The notes under the pieces are model-generated. The model saw only the letters and a list, made by a program, of their open reading frames with translations. It was not told the DNA's origin and did not search any database. DNA of 64,000 bases from assembly GCF_009914755.1 (NCBI RefSeq), contig NC_060934.1; one strand, given 5' to 3'. The stretch is from the human T2T-CHM13v2.0 reference genome, Homo sapiens. Numbering within the stretch: position 1 is the first letter of the stretch; every line of letters starts with the position of its first letter. The position numbers and the translations under genes were made by a program. This document shows positions 38,990 to 54,420 of the stretch, in pieces.

Positions 38990-41900
38990 CATTCCATACC
39001 ATTGCATTCCATTCCTTTCCTTTTGATTCCATTCTTTTCCATTCCATTCCTTTCCACTCGAGTTGATTCCATTCCATTCTATTCCATTCCATTGCATTCC
39101 ATTCCACTCGTGTTTATTCCAGTCCATTCCATTCCATTCCATTCCACTCCGGTTGATTCCATTCCATTCCATTCCATTGCATTCCTTTACACTCCATTCC
39201 ATTCCTTTCCATTCTACTCGGGCTGATTCCATTCCATTCCCTTCCATTCCATTCCCTTCCATTCCATTCCATTCCATTCCATTCCGTTGCATTGGAATAG
39301 GGTTGATTCCTATCCATTCCATTACATTGCAGTCCTTTCCCTTCCATTACATTCCACTCGGTTTTTTTCCATTCCATTGAATTCCATTCCATTCCATTCC
39401 ATTCCATTCCATTCCATTCCTTTCCATTCAATTCCACTCCACCCGGATTGATTCCATTCCATTCCATTATAATCCATTGCATTCCATTCCATTCCACCCG
39501 GATTGATTCCATTCCATTCCATTATAATCCATTCCATTTCATTCCATTCCACTGGGGTTTATTCCATTCCATTCCATTCCATTCCATTCCATTCCATTCC
39601 GTTACATTTGATTCCTTTCCAGTTGATTCCATTCCATTCCATTGCATTCCATTCCATTCCAATCGGGTTGATTTCATTCCATTCCATTACATTCTAGTTC
39701 ATTCCATTCCATTACATTACATTACGTTACATTCCTATCAATTCCATTCCATTCCATTCCATTCCTGTCCATTCCATGCCATTCCGTTCCATTCCATTCC
39801 ATTCCATTACACTGGTGTTTATTCCATTCCACTCCATTCCATTCCATTCCATGACACTGGTGTTTATTCCATTCCACTCCATTCCATTGCATTCCATTCC
39901 ACTGGTGTTTATTCCATTCCACTCCATTCCATTGCATTCCATTCCATTCCATTTCATTCCATTCCATTGCATTCCATTCCACTCGTGTTGACTCCATTCC
40001 ATACCATTGCATTCCATTGCATTCCATTCCTTTCCTTTCCAATCCATTCCTTTCCATTCCATTCCTTTCCACTCGAGTTGATTCCATTCCATTCTATTCC
40101 ATTCCATTCCATTCCTTTCCATTCCATTCCATTCCATTCCATTCCATTGCATTCCACTGCATTCCTTTCCACTCCATTCGATTCCATTCCATTCTACTCG
40201 GGTTGATTCCTTTCGATTCCATTACAGTCCATTCCATTCCATTGCATTCCATTCGGGTTGACTTCACTCCATTCCATTCCATTCCATGCCGTTATATTCC
40301 ATTCCACTCCATTCCACTCGGGTTGATTCCACTCCATTCCATTCCATTCCATGCCGTTCCATTCCATTCCATTCCATTCCATTCCATTCCATTCATTTCA
40401 ATTCCTTTCCATTCCATTCCACTCTGGTTGATTCCATTCCATTCCATTCCATTCCATTCCATTCCATTCCATTCCATTCTATACCATTACATTGCACTCG
40501 AATTGATTCCATTCCATTCCATTCCATTCCACTCGGGTTGATTCCCTTCCATTCCATTCCATTCCATTCCATTCCATTCCATTCCATTCTATTACATTTC
40601 ATTCCATTTTATTCGGTTGATTCCAATCCATTGCTTTCCATTCCTTTCCATTCGATTCCCTTCCGTTCCATTCCGCTTGGGTTGATTCGATTCCATTCCA
40701 TTCCAATCCATTCCATTCCATTCCATTCCATTCCATTCCATTCCATTTCATTCCTTTCTAGTTGATTCCATTCCATTCCATTGCATTCCATTCCATTCCA
40801 ATCGTGTTAATTTCATTCCATTCCATTCCATTCTAGTCCATTCCATTCCATTACATTACATTACGTTACATTCCTATCAATTCCATTCCATTCCATTCCA
40901 TTCCATTCCATTCCATTTCGTTGCATTCCATTCCATTCCTGTCCATTCCATTCCATTCCATTCCATTCCATTCCATTCCATTCCATTTCATTCCATTCCA
41001 TTCCATTCCACTGGTGTTTATTCCATTCCACTCCATTCCATTGCATTACATTCCACTGGTGTTTATTCCATTCCACTCCATTCCTTTGCATTCCATTCCA
41101 TTCCATTTCATTCCATTCCATTCCATTCCATTCCACTCGGGTTGACTCCATTCCATACCATTGCATTCCATTCCTTTCCTTTTGATTCCATTCCTTTCCA
41201 TTCCATTCCTTTCCACTCGAGTTGATTCCATTCCATTCTATTCCATTCCATTGCATTCCATTCCACTCGTGTTTATTCCAGTCTATTCCATTCCATTCCA
41301 TTCCACTCCGGTTGATTCCATTCCATTCCATTCCATTCCATTGCATTCCTTTCCACTCCATTCCCTTCCTTTCCATTCTACTCGGGTTGATTCCATTCCA
41401 TTCCATTCCATTCCATTCCATTCCATTGCATTCCACTCGGGTTGATTTCACTCCATTCCATTCCATTCCATGTTGTTACATTCCATTCCATTCCATTCCA
41501 CTCGGGTTGATTCCCCTCCATTTCATTCCATTCCATTCCGTTCCCTTCCATTGCATTCCATTCCATTCCATTCCATTCCCTTCCATTCCATTCCATTCCA
41601 TTCAATTCCGTTGCATTGGAATAGGGTTGATTCCAATCCATTCCATTACATTCCAGTCCTTTCCCTTCCATTACATTCCACTAGGTTTTTTTCCATTACA
41701 TTGAATTCCATTCCATTCCATTCCATTCCATTCCATTCCATTTCATTCCATTCTATTCCACTCCACCCGGATTGATTCCATTCCATTCCATTATAATCCA
41801 TTGCATTCCATTCCATTCCACCCGGATTGATTCCATTCCATTCCATTATAATCCATTCCATTTCACTCCATTCCACTGGGGTTGATTCCATTCCATTCTA

Positions 41901-44430
41901 TTCCATTCCATTCCATTCCATTCCATTCCGTTCCAATTGATTCCTTTCCAGTTGATTCCAATCCATTCCATTGCATTCCATTGCGTTACAATCGGGTTGA
42001 TTTCATTCCATTCCATTACATTCTAGTTCATTCCACTCCATTCCATTCCATTCCATTCCATTCATGTCCATTACATGCCATTCCATTAAATTCCATTCCA
42101 TTCCATTACACTGGTGTTTATTCCATTCCACTCCATTCCATTGCATTCCATTCCACTGGTGTTTATTCCATTCCACTCCATTCCTTTGCATTCCATTCCA
42201 TTCCATTTCATTCCATTCCATTGCATTCCATTCCACTCGTGTTGACTCCATTCCATACCATTGCATTCCATTGCATTCCATTCCTTTCCTTTCCAATCCA
42301 TTCCTTTCCATACCATTCCTTTCCACTCGAGTTGATTGCATTCCATTCTATTCCATTCCATTCCATTCCACTCTTGTTTATTCCAGTCCATTCCATTCCA
42401 TTCCATTCCACTCCGGTTGATTCCATTCCATTCCATTGCATTCCATTGCATTCCTTTCCACTCCATTCGTTTCCATTCCATTCTACTCGGGTTGATTCCT
42501 TTCGATTCCATTACAGTCCATTCCATTCCATTGCATTACACTCGGGTTGACTTCACTCCATTCCATTCCATTCCATGCCGTTACATTCCATTCCACTCCA
42601 TTCAACTCGGGTTGATTCCACTCCATTCCATTCCATTCCATGCCGTTCCATTCCATTCCATTCCATTCCATTCCATTCCATTCCATTCATTTCAATTCCT
42701 TTCCATTCCATTCCACGCTGGTTGATTCCATTCCATTCCATTCCATTCCATTCCATTCCATTCCATTCTATACCATTACATTGCACTCTAATTGATTCCA
42801 TTCTATTCCATTCCATTCCATTCCATTCCTTTCCATTCCATTCCACTCGGGTTGATTCCATTCCATTCCATTCCATTCCATTCCATTCCATTCCATTCCA
42901 TTACATTTCATTCCACTCGAGTTGATTCCATTCCATTCCATTCCATTCCATTCCATTCCATTCCATTCCATTTTATTCGGTTGATTCCAATCCATTGCTT
43001 TCCATTCCTTTCCATTCGATTCCCTTCCGTTCCATTCCACTTGGGTTGATTCGATTCCATTCCATTCCAATCCATTCCATTCCATTCCATTCCATTCCAT
43101 TTCATTCCTTTCTAGTTGATTCCATTCCATTCCATTGCATTCCATTCCATTCCAATCGTGTTAATTTCATTCCATTCCATTCCATTCTAGTCCATTCCAT
43201 TCCATTACATTTCATTACGTTAGATTCCTGTACATTCCATTCCATTCCATTCCATTCCATTCCATTTCATTGCATTCCATTCCATTCCTGTCCATTCCAT
43301 TCCATTCCATTCCATTCCATTCCATTCCATTCCATTCCATTCCATTCCATTCCATTCCTTTCCATTCCATTCCATTCCACTGGTGTTTATTCCATTCCAC
43401 TCCATTCCATTGCATTCCATTCCACTGGTGTTTATTCCATTCCACTCCAATCCTTTGCATTCCATTCCATTCCATTTCATTCCATTCCATTCCATTCCAT
43501 TCCACTCGGGTTGACTCCATTCCATACCATTGCATTCCATTCCTTTCCTTTTGATTCCATTCCTTTCCATTCCATTCCTTTCCACTCGAGATGATTCCAT
43601 TCCATTCTATTCCATTCCATTGCATTCCATTCCACTCGTGTTTATTCCAGTCCATTCCATTCCATTCCATTCCACTCTGGTTGATTCCATTCCATTCCAT
43701 TGCATTCCTTTCCACTCCATTCAATTCCTTTCCATTCTATTCGGGTTGATTCCATTCCATTCCATTCCATTCCATTCCATTCCATTCCATTCCATTGCAT
43801 TCCACTCGGGTTGATTTCACTCCATTCCATTCCATTCCATGTTGTTACATTCCATTCCATTCCATTCCACTCGGGTTGATTCCCCTCCATTTCATTCCAT
43901 TCCATGCCGTTCCGTTCCATTGTATTCCATTCCATTCCATTCCATTCCCTTCCATTCCATTCCATTCCATTCCATTCCGTTGCATTGGAATAGGGTTGAT
44001 TCCAATCCATTCCATTACATTCCAGTCCTTTCCCTTCCATTACATTCCACTCGGTTTTTTTCCATTACATTGAATTCCATTCCATTCCATTCCATTCCAT
44101 TCCATTCCATTCCATTCCATTCCATTCAATTCCACTCCACCTGGATTGATTCCATTCCATTCCATTAAAATCCATTGCATTCCATTCCATTCCACCCGGA
44201 TTGATTCCATTCCATTCCATTATAATCCATTCCATTTCATTCCATTCCACTGGGGTTGATTCCATTCCATTCCATTCCATTCCATTCCATTCCATTCCAT
44301 TCCATTCCATTCCGTTCCATTTGATTCCTTTCCAGTTGATTCCATTCCATTCCATTGCATTCCATTCCATTCCAATCGCGTTGATTTCATTCCATTCCAT
44401 TACATTCTAGTTCATTCCACTCCATTCCAT
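38990..44430 (-). repeat. Tandem ~2.2-2.37 kb unit, ~2.4 copies
   Basis: CCTTTCCTTTTGATTCC ~39014/41173/43542; TTGCATTGGAATAGGGTTG ~39287/41611/43980; TTTCGATTCCATTACAGTCC 40211/42500; ATCGTGTTAATTTC 40801/43156. Confidence 0.82.
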
Positions 44431-44724
44431 TCCATTCCATTCCATTCCTATTCATTCCATTCCATTCCATTCTAGTTGATTTCATTGCATTCCATGCCAT
44501 TCCATTCCATTCCACTCTTTTCCAATCCATTCCATACGGGTTGATTTCTTTCCATTTCATTCCATTCCATTCCGTAACATTGGAATCGGGTTGATTCCAA
44601 TCCATTCCATTACATTCAAGTCCTTTCCATTCCATTACATTCCATTCGGTTTGTTTCCATTACATTGAATTCCATTCCATTCCATTCCATTCCATTCCTT
44701 TCCTTTCCATTCCATTCAATTCCA

Positions 44725-44935
44725 TTCCAACCGGATTGATTCCATTCCATTCCATTTTAATCCATTCCATTCCATTCCTTTCCACCCGGATTGATTCCAT
44801 TCCATTCCATTATAATCCATTCAATTCCTTTCTACCCGGAATGATTCCATTCCATTCCATTTTAATCCATTCCATTCCATTCCTTTCCACCCGGATTGAT
44901 TCCATTCCATTCCATTATAATCCATTCCATTCCAT
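44725..44935 (-). repeat. 105-bp (55+50 bp) dimeric minirepeat x2; also present in copy B at ~56575-56785
   Basis: CCGGA at 44731, 44786, 44836 and 44891, alternating with TTTTAATCC/TTATAATCC. Same pattern at 56579, 56634, 56684 and 56739. Confidence 0.85.
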
Positions 44936-47900
44936 TCCATTTCACTGGGGTTGATTCCATTCCATTCCATTCCAATCCATTCCATTCCATTAAATTCCAT
45001 TCCATTCCAGTTCATTCCATTCCTTTCCATTCCATTCCATTGCCTTCAATTCCATTCCATTCAATTCCATTCCGTTGCATTGTAATCGTGTTGATTCCAA
45101 TCCATTCCATTACATTCCAGTCCTTTCCATTCCATTACATTCCACTCGGTTTGTTTCCATTACATTGAATTCCATTCCGTTCCCTTCCATTCCATTGCAT
45201 TCCATTGCATTCCATTCCACTCGGGTTGTTTCCTTTCCATTCCATTCCTTTAGTTTGCATTCCATTCCATTCCATTCCATTCACTCCATTCCATTCCATT
45301 CCATTCTACTCAGGTTGATTCCGTTCGATTCCATTCCAATCCATTCCCTTCCATTCCATTCTAGTTGATTCCATTGCATTCCATGCCGTTCCATTCCATT
45401 CCACTCCATTCCAATCCGTTCCACTCGGGTTGATTCCATTCCATTCCATTCCATTCCACTCGGGTTGATTCCATTCCATTCCATTCCATTCCATTCCATT
45501 CCATTCCATTCCATTTCATTCCTTTCCAGTTGATTCCATTCCATTCCATTGCATTCCATTCCATTCCAATCGGGTTGATTTCATTCCATTCCATTCCATT
45601 CTAGTCCATTCCATTCCATTCCGTTACATTACATTACATTACAATACATTACATTACTTTACATTACATTCCTGTCCACTCAATTCCATTCCATTCCATT
45701 CCATTCCATTCCTGTCCATTCCATTCCATTCCATTCCATTCCATTCCATTCCATTCCACTGGTGTTTATTCCATTCCACTCCATTCCATTGCATTCCATT
45801 CCACTGGTGTTTATTCCATTCCACTCCATTCCTTTGCATTCCATTCCATTCCATTGCATTCCATTCCATTGCATTCCATTCCACTCGGGTTGACTCCATT
45901 CCATACCATTGCATTCCATTTCATTCCATTCCTTTCCTTTCCAATCCATTCCTTTCCATTCCGTTCCTTTCCACTCGAGTTGATTCCATTCCATTTTATT
46001 CCATTCCATTCCATTCCATTCCATTCCACTCGTGTTTATTCCAGTCCATTCCATTCCATTCCATTCCACTCCGGTTGATTCCATTCCATTCCATTCCATT
46101 CCATTGCATTCCTTTCCACTCCATTCGATTCCATTCCATTCTACTCGGGTTGATTCCTTTCCATTCCATTCCATTCCATTCCATTCCATTCCATTCTATT
46201 CCACTCGGGTTGATTTCACTCCATTCCATTCCATTCCATGCCGTTACATTCCATTCCACTCCATTGCATTCCATTGCATGCCATTCCATTCATTTAAAAT
46301 CCTTTCCATTCCATTCCACTCTGGTTGATTCCATTCCATTCCATTCCATTCCATTCCATTCTGTACAATTACATTGCACTCGAATTGATTCCATTCTATT
46401 CCATTCCATTCCATTCCATTCCATTCCATTCCACTCGGGTTGATTCCATTCCATTCCATTCCATTCCATTCCATTCCATTCCATTCCATTCCATTGCATT
46501 ACATTACATTACATTTCATTCCACTAGAGATGATTCCATTCCATTCCATTCCATTCCATTCCATTTCATTCGGTTGATTCCAGTCCATCGCTTTCCATTC
46601 CTTTCCATTCGATTCTGTTCCGTTCCATTCCACTTGGGTTGATTCGATTCCATTCCATTCCTACCCATTCCATTCCATTCCATTCCATTCCATTCCTATC
46701 CATTCCATTCCATTCCATTCCATTCCATTCCTTTACAGTTGATTCCATTCCATTCCATTGCATTCCATTCCATTCCAATCGTTTTAATTTCATTCCATTG
46801 CATTCTATTCTAGTCCATTCCATTCCATTCCATTACATTACATTACATTCCTGTCCTTTCCATTCCATTCCATTCCATTCCATTCCATTCCACTCCATTC
46901 CATTCCATTCCTTTCCATTCCATTCCATTCCACTGGTGTTTATTCCATTCCACTCCATTCCATTGCATTCCATTCCACTGGTGTTTATTCCATTCCACTC
47001 CATTCATTTACATTCCATTACATTCCATTTCATTCCATTCCATTCCATTCCATTCCACTCGGGTTGACTCCATTCCATACCATTGCATTCCATTCCTTTC
47101 CTTTTGATTCCATTCCTTTCCATTCCATTCCTTTCCACTCGAGTTGATTCCATTCCATTCTATTCCATTCCATTGCATTCCATTCCACTCGTGTTTATTC
47201 CATTCCATTCCATTCCATTGCATTCCATTCCATTCCACTCCGGTTGATTCCATTCCATTCCATTCCATTCCATTGCATTTCTTTCCCCTCCATTCAATTC
47301 CTTTCCATTCTACTCGGGTTGATTCCATTCCATTCCATTCCATTCCATTGCATTGCATTCCACTCGGGTTGCTTTCACTCCATTCAATTCCATTGCTTGT
47401 CGTTACATTCCATTCCATTCCATTCCACTCAGGTTGATTCCAATCCTTTTCATTGCATTCCATGCCGTTCCATTCCATTCCATTCCATTCCATTCCATTC
47501 CATTCCATTCCATTCCATTCCATTCTATACCATTACATTGCACTCGAATTGATTCCATTCTATTCCATTCCATTCCATTCTACTCGGTTTGATTCCATTC
47601 CATTCCATTCCATTCCATTCCATTCGATTACATTCCATTCCTTTACATTCCATTCCATTACATTACATTTCATTCCACTCGAGTTGATTCCATTCCATTC
47701 CATTCCATTCCATTCGGTTGATTCCAATCCATTGCTTTCCATTCCTTTCCATTCCATTCCCTCCTTTCCATTCCACTCGAGTTGTTTCCATTCCATTCCA
47801 TTCCATTGCATTCAATTCCATTCCATTCCATTCCGTCCATTCCATTTCACTCTATTCCCTTCCATTCCCTTTCACTCCATTCCCTTCCATTCCATTGGAA

Positions 47901-50039
47901 TCGGATTCTTTCCATTCCATTCCTTTCCATTCCATTTCATTCCATTCCATTCCATTCCATTCCATTCCATTCCATTCCATTGCCTTCCATTCCACTCGGG
48001 TTGTTTCCTTTCCATTCCATTCCATTAGTTTCCATTGCATTCCAATCCATTCATTCCATTCCATTCCATTCCATTACACTGAGGTTGATTCTGTTCAATT
48101 CCATTCCAATCCATTCATTGCCATTCCATTCTATTTGATTCCATTGCATTCCATGCCATTCCATTCCATTCCATTCTATTCCAATGCATTCCATTAGGGT
48201 TGATTTCATTCCATTCCATTTCATTCCATTCCATTGCATTCTGCTCGGGTTAATTCCATTCCATTCCATTCCATTCCATTCCATTCCATTCCATTTCCTT
48301 CCTTTCCAGTTGATTCCATTCCCTTCCATTCCATTCCATTCCATTCCATTCCATTCCATTCCAATTCCTTCCTTTCCAGTTGATTCCATTCCCTTCCATT
48401 CCATTCCATTCCATTCCAATCGGGTTGATTTCCTTCCATTTCATTCCATTCTAGTCCATTCCATTCCATTCCATTCCATTCCATTCTAGTCCATTCCATT
48501 CCATTCCATTCCATTCCATTCCATTCCTGTCCATTCCATTCCATTCCATTCCATTCCTTTCCATTCCATTCCTTTCCACTCGGGTTGATTCCATTCCATT
48601 CTCTTCCATTCCATTCCATTCTATTCCACTCGTGTTCATTTCATTACATTCCATTCCATTGCATTCCATTCCACTGGTGTTTATTCCATTCCACTCCATT
48701 CCTTTGCATTCCATTCCATTCCATTTCATTCCATTCCATTCCATTCCATTCCACTCAGGTTGACTCCATTCCATACCATTGCATTACATTGCATCCCATT
48801 CCTTTCCTTTCGATTCCATTCCTTTCCATTCCATTTCTTTCCACTCGAGTTGATTCCATTCCATTCTATTCCATTCCATTCCATTCCACTCGTCTTTATT
48901 CCAGTCCATTCCATTCCTTTCCATTCCACTCCGGTTGATTCCATTCCATTCCATTCCATTCCAAGGCATTCCTTTCCACTCCATTCCATTCCTTTCCATT
49001 CTACTCGGGTTGATTCCATTCCATTCCATTCCATTCCATTCCATTCCATTGCATTGCATTCCACTCGGGTTGTTTTCACTCCATTCCATTCCATTCCATG
49101 TCGTTACATTCCATTCCATTCCATTCCACTCGGGTTGATTCCACTCCATTTCATTCCATTCCATGCCGTTCCATTCCATTCCATTCCATTCCACTCCATT
49201 CCATTCCATTCCATTCCATTCCATTCCATTCCATTCCATTCATTTCAATTCCTTTCCATTCCATTCCACTCTGGTTGATTCCATTCCATTCCATTCCATT
49301 CCATTCCATTCCATTCCATTCCATTCTATACCATAACATTGCACTCGAATTGATTCCATTCTATTCTATTCCATTCCATTCCATTCCTTTCTACTCGGGT
49401 TGATTCCATTCCATTCCATTCCATTCCATTCCATTCCTTTCCATTCCATTCATTTCAATTCCTTTCCATTCCATTCCACTCTGGTTGATTCCATTCCATT
49501 CCATTCCATTCCATTCCATTCCATTGCATTCCACTCGGGTTGATTTCACTCCATTCCATTCCATTCCATGTCGTTACATTCCATTCCATTCCATTCCACT
49601 CGGGTTGATTCCACTCCATTTCATTCCATTCCATGCCGTTCCATTCCATTCCATTCCATTCATTTCAATTCCTTCCCATTCCATTCCACTCTGGTTGATT
49701 CCATTCCATTCCATTCCATTCCATTCCATTCCATTCTATACCATTACATTGCACTCGAATTGATTCCATTCTATTCCATTCCATTCCATTCCATTCCATT
49801 CTACTCGGGTTGATTCCATTCCATTCCATTCCATTCCAGTCCATTCCATTCCAGTCCATTCCATTCCATTCCATTCCACTCGGGTTGATTTCACTCCATT
49901 CCATTCCATTCCATGCCGTAACATTCTATTCCACTCCATTCCACTCGGGTTGATTCCACTCCATTCCATTCCATTCCATGCCGTTCCATTCCATTCCATT
50001 CCATTCCATTCCATTCCATTCCACTCGGTTTGATTCCAC

Positions 50040-53000
50040 TCCATTCCAATCCATTCCATGTCGTTACAGTCCATTCCATTCCATTGCACTCGGGTTGATT
50101 GCATTCCATTCCATTCCATTCCATTGGATTCCATTCCTTTCCACCCGGATTGATTCCATTCCATTCCATTATAATCCATTCCATTCCATTCCATTCCACT
50201 GGCGTTGATTCCATTCCATTCCATTCCATTCCATTCTATTCCATTCCATTCCATTCCATTCCATTCCGTTCCATTTGATTCCTTTCCAGTTGATTCCATT
50301 CCATTCCATTGCATTCCATTCAATTCCAGTCGGGTTGATTTCATTCCATTCCATTCTAGTCCATTCCACTCCATTCCATTCCATTCCATTCCATTCCTGT
50401 TCATTCCATTCCATTCCATTCCATTCTAGTGGATTTCATTGCATTCCATGCCATTCCATTCCATTGCACTCTATTCCAATCCATTCCATTCGGGTTGATA
50501 TCTTTCCATTCCATTTCATTCCATTCCATTGCATTCCACTCGGGTTAATTCCATTCCATTCCATTCCATTCCATTCCCTTTCGTTCCTTTCCATTCCATT
50601 CCATTCTATTCCTGTGCATTCCATTGCATTCCATTCCATTCCATTCCATTCCATTCCACTGTGTTTATTCCATTCCACTCCATTCCATTGCATTCCATTG
50701 AATTCCATTTCATTCTATTCCATTCCATTCCATTCCACTCAGGTTGACTCCATTCCATACCATTGCATTCCATTACATTCCATTCCTTTCCTTTCCATTC
50801 CATTCCTTTCCATTCCGTTCCTTTCCACTGGAGTTGATTCCATTCCACTCTATTCCATTCCATTCCATTCCATTCCATTCCATTCCATTCCATTCCATTC
50901 CACTCGGGTTGATTCCATTCCATTCCATTCCATTCCATTGATTTCCACTCGGGTTGATTCCATTCCATTCTATTCCATTCCATTGCATTCCATTTCATTC
51001 CTTTCCAGTTGATTCCATTCCATTCCATTGCATTCCATTCCATTCCAATCGGGTTGATTTTATTCCATTCCATTCCATTCTAGTCCATTCCATTCCATTC
51101 CATTCCATTCCATTACATTACATTCCTGTGCATTCCATTCCATTCCATTCCATTCCATTCCATTCCATTCCATTCCATTCCTGTCCATTCCATTCCATTC
51201 CATTCCATTCCATTCCACTGGTGTTTATTCCATTCCACTCCATTCCATTGCATTCCATTCCACTGGTGTTTATTCCATTCCACTCCATTCCTTTGCATTC
51301 CATTGCATTCCATTTCATTCCATTCAATTGCATTCCATTCCGCTCGGGTTGACTCCATTCCATACCATTGCATTCCATTGCATTCCATTCCTTTCCTTTC
51401 CATTCTATTCCTTTCCATTCCATTCCTTCCCAATCGAGTTGATTCCATTCCATTCTATTCCATTCCATTCCATTCCATTCCACTCGTGTTTATTCCAGTC
51501 CATTCCATTCCATTCCATTCCACTCCGGTTGATTCCATTCCATTCCATTCCATTGCATTCCTTTCCACTCCATTCAATTCCATTCCATTCTACTCGGGTT
51601 GATTCCATTGCATTCGATTCCATTCCATTCCATTCGATTCCATTCCATTCCATTCCAGTCCATTCCATTCCATTCCATTCCTCTCGGGTTGATTTCACTA
51701 CATTCCATTCCATTCCATTCCATGCTGTAATATTCTATTCCACTCCATTCCACTCGGGTTGATTCCACTCCATTCCATTCCATTCCACTCGGTTTGATTC
51801 CACTCCATTCCAATCCATTCCATGCCGTTACAGTCCATTCCATTCCATTGCACTCGGGTTGATTCCATTCCATTCCATTCCATTCCATTCCATTCCATTC
51901 CACCCGGATTGATTCCATTCCATTCAATTATAATCCATTCCTTTCCATTCCATTCCACTGGGGTTGATTCCATTCCATTCCATTCTATTCCATTCCATTC
52001 CATTCCATTCCATTCCGTTCCATTTGATTCCTTTCCAGTTGATTCCATTCCATTCCATTGCATTCCATTCAATTCCAGTCGGGTTGATTTCATTCCATTA
52101 CATTCCATTCTAGTCAATTCCACTCCATTCCATTCCATTCCATTCCATTCCATTCCTGTTCATTCCATTCCATTCCATTCCATTCTAGTGGATTTCATTG
52201 CATTCCATGCCATTCCATTCCATTCCACTCTATTCCAATACATTCCATTCGGGTTGATTTCTTTCCATTCCATTTCATTCCATTCCATTGCATTCCACTC
52301 GGGTTAATTCCATTCCATTCCATTACATTACATTACATTTCATTCCTTTCCATTCCATTCCATTCTATTCCTGTGCATTCCATTGCATTCCATTCCATTC
52401 CATTCCATTCCATTCCACTGTGTTTATTCCATTCCACTCCATTCCATTGCATTCCATTGCATTCCATTTCATTCTATTCCATTCCATTCCATTCCACTCG
52501 GGTTGACTCCATTCCATACCACTGCATTCCATTACATTCCATTCCTTTCCTTTCCATTCCATTCCTTTCCATTCCGTTCCTTTCCACTCGAGTTGATTCC
52601 ATTCCACTATATTCCATTCCATTCCATTCCATTCCATTCCATTCCATTCCATTCCACTCGGGTTGATTCCATTCCATTCCATTACATTCCAGTCCTTTCC
52701 ATTCCATTACATTCCACTCGGTTTGTTTCCATTACATTGAATTCCATTCTGTTCCATTCCATTCCATTGCATTCCATTGCATTCCATTCCACTCGGGTTG
52801 TTTCCTTTCCATTCCATTCCTTTAGTTTCCATTCCATTCCATTCCATTCCATTCCATTCCATTCACTCTATTCCATTCCATTCCATTCTACTCAGGTTGA
52901 TTCCGTTCGATTCCATTCCAATCCATTCCCTTCCATTCCATTCTGGTTGATTCCATTGCATTCCATGCCGTTCCATTCCATTCCACTCCATTCCAATCCG

Positions 53001-54420
53001 TTCCACTCGGGTTCATTCCATTCCATTCCATTCCAGTTCTTTCCATTCCATTCCACTCCATTCCATTCCACTCGGGTTAACTCCATTCCATACCATTGCA
53101 TTCCATTGCATTCCACTCCATTCCACTGGTGTTTATTCCATTCCACTCCATTCCATTTCATTCCATTCCATTCCATTTCATTCCATTCAATTCCATTCCA
53201 TTCCCCTCGGGTTGACTCCATTCCATACCATTGCATTCCATTGCATTCCATTCTTTCCATTCCATTCCATTGCTTTCCATTTCATTCCTTTCCACTCGGG
53301 TTGATTCCATTCCATTCTCTTCCATTCCATTCCATTCCATTCCATTCCATTCCATTCCATACCATTGCACTCGGGTTGATTCCATTCCATTCCATTCCAT
53401 TCCATTGCATTCCATTCCATTCCATTCCATTCCACTTGGGTTGATTCCATTCCATTCCATTCCGGTCCATTCCACTGGGGTTGATTCCATTCCATTCGTT
53501 TCCAATCCATTCCATTCCATTCCATTGCACTCGGGTTGATTCCATTCCATTCCATTCCATTCCATTCCATTCCATTGCACTCGGGTTGATTCCATTCCAT
53601 TCCATTCCATTCCATTCCACCCGGATTGATTCCATTCCATTCCATTATAATCCATTCCATTCCATTCCATTACACTGGGGTTGATTCCATTCCATTCCAT
53701 TCCATTCCATTCTATTCCATTCCATTCCATTCCATTCCATTCCGTTCCATTTGATGCCTTTCCAGTTAATTCCAGTCCATTCCATTGCATTCCATTTAAT
53801 TCCAGTCGGGTTGATTTCATACCATTCCATTCCATTCTAGTCCATTCCACTCCATTCCATTCCATTCCATTCCATTCCTGTTCATTCCATTCCATTCCAT
53901 TCCATTCTAGTGGATTTCATTGCATTCCATGCCATTCCATTCCATTCCACTCTATTCCAATCCATTCCATTCGGGTTGATTTCTTTCCATTCCATTTCAT
54001 TCCATTCCATTGCATTCCACTCTGGTTAATTCCATTCCATTCCATTTCATTCCTTTCCATTCCATTCCATTCTATTCCTGTGCATTCCATTGCATTCCAT
54101 TCCATTCCATTCCATTCCATTCCATTCCATTCCACTGGTGTTTATTCCATTCCACTCCATTCCATTGCATGCCATTCCATTCCATTTCATTCTATTCCAT
54201 TCCATTCCATTCCACTCGGGTGACTCCATTCCATACCATTGCATTCCATTACATTCCATTCCTTTCCTTTCCATTCCATTCCTTTCTATTCCGTTCCTTT
54301 CCACTCGAGTTGATTCCATTCCACTCTATTCCATTCCATTCCATTCCATTCCTCTCCATTCCATTCCATTCCATTCCACTCGGGTTGATTCCATTCCATT
54401 CCATTACATTCCATTCCATT
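50040..54420 (-). repeat. Three related segments at ~1.7-1.76 kb spacing, nested in the 11.8 kb unit
   Basis: TAGTGGATTTCATTGCATTCCATGCC ~50427/52186/53908; ATTCCTGTGCATTCCATTGC ~50608/52367/54074; CCACTGTGTTTATTCC 50656/52415. Confidence 0.75.
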
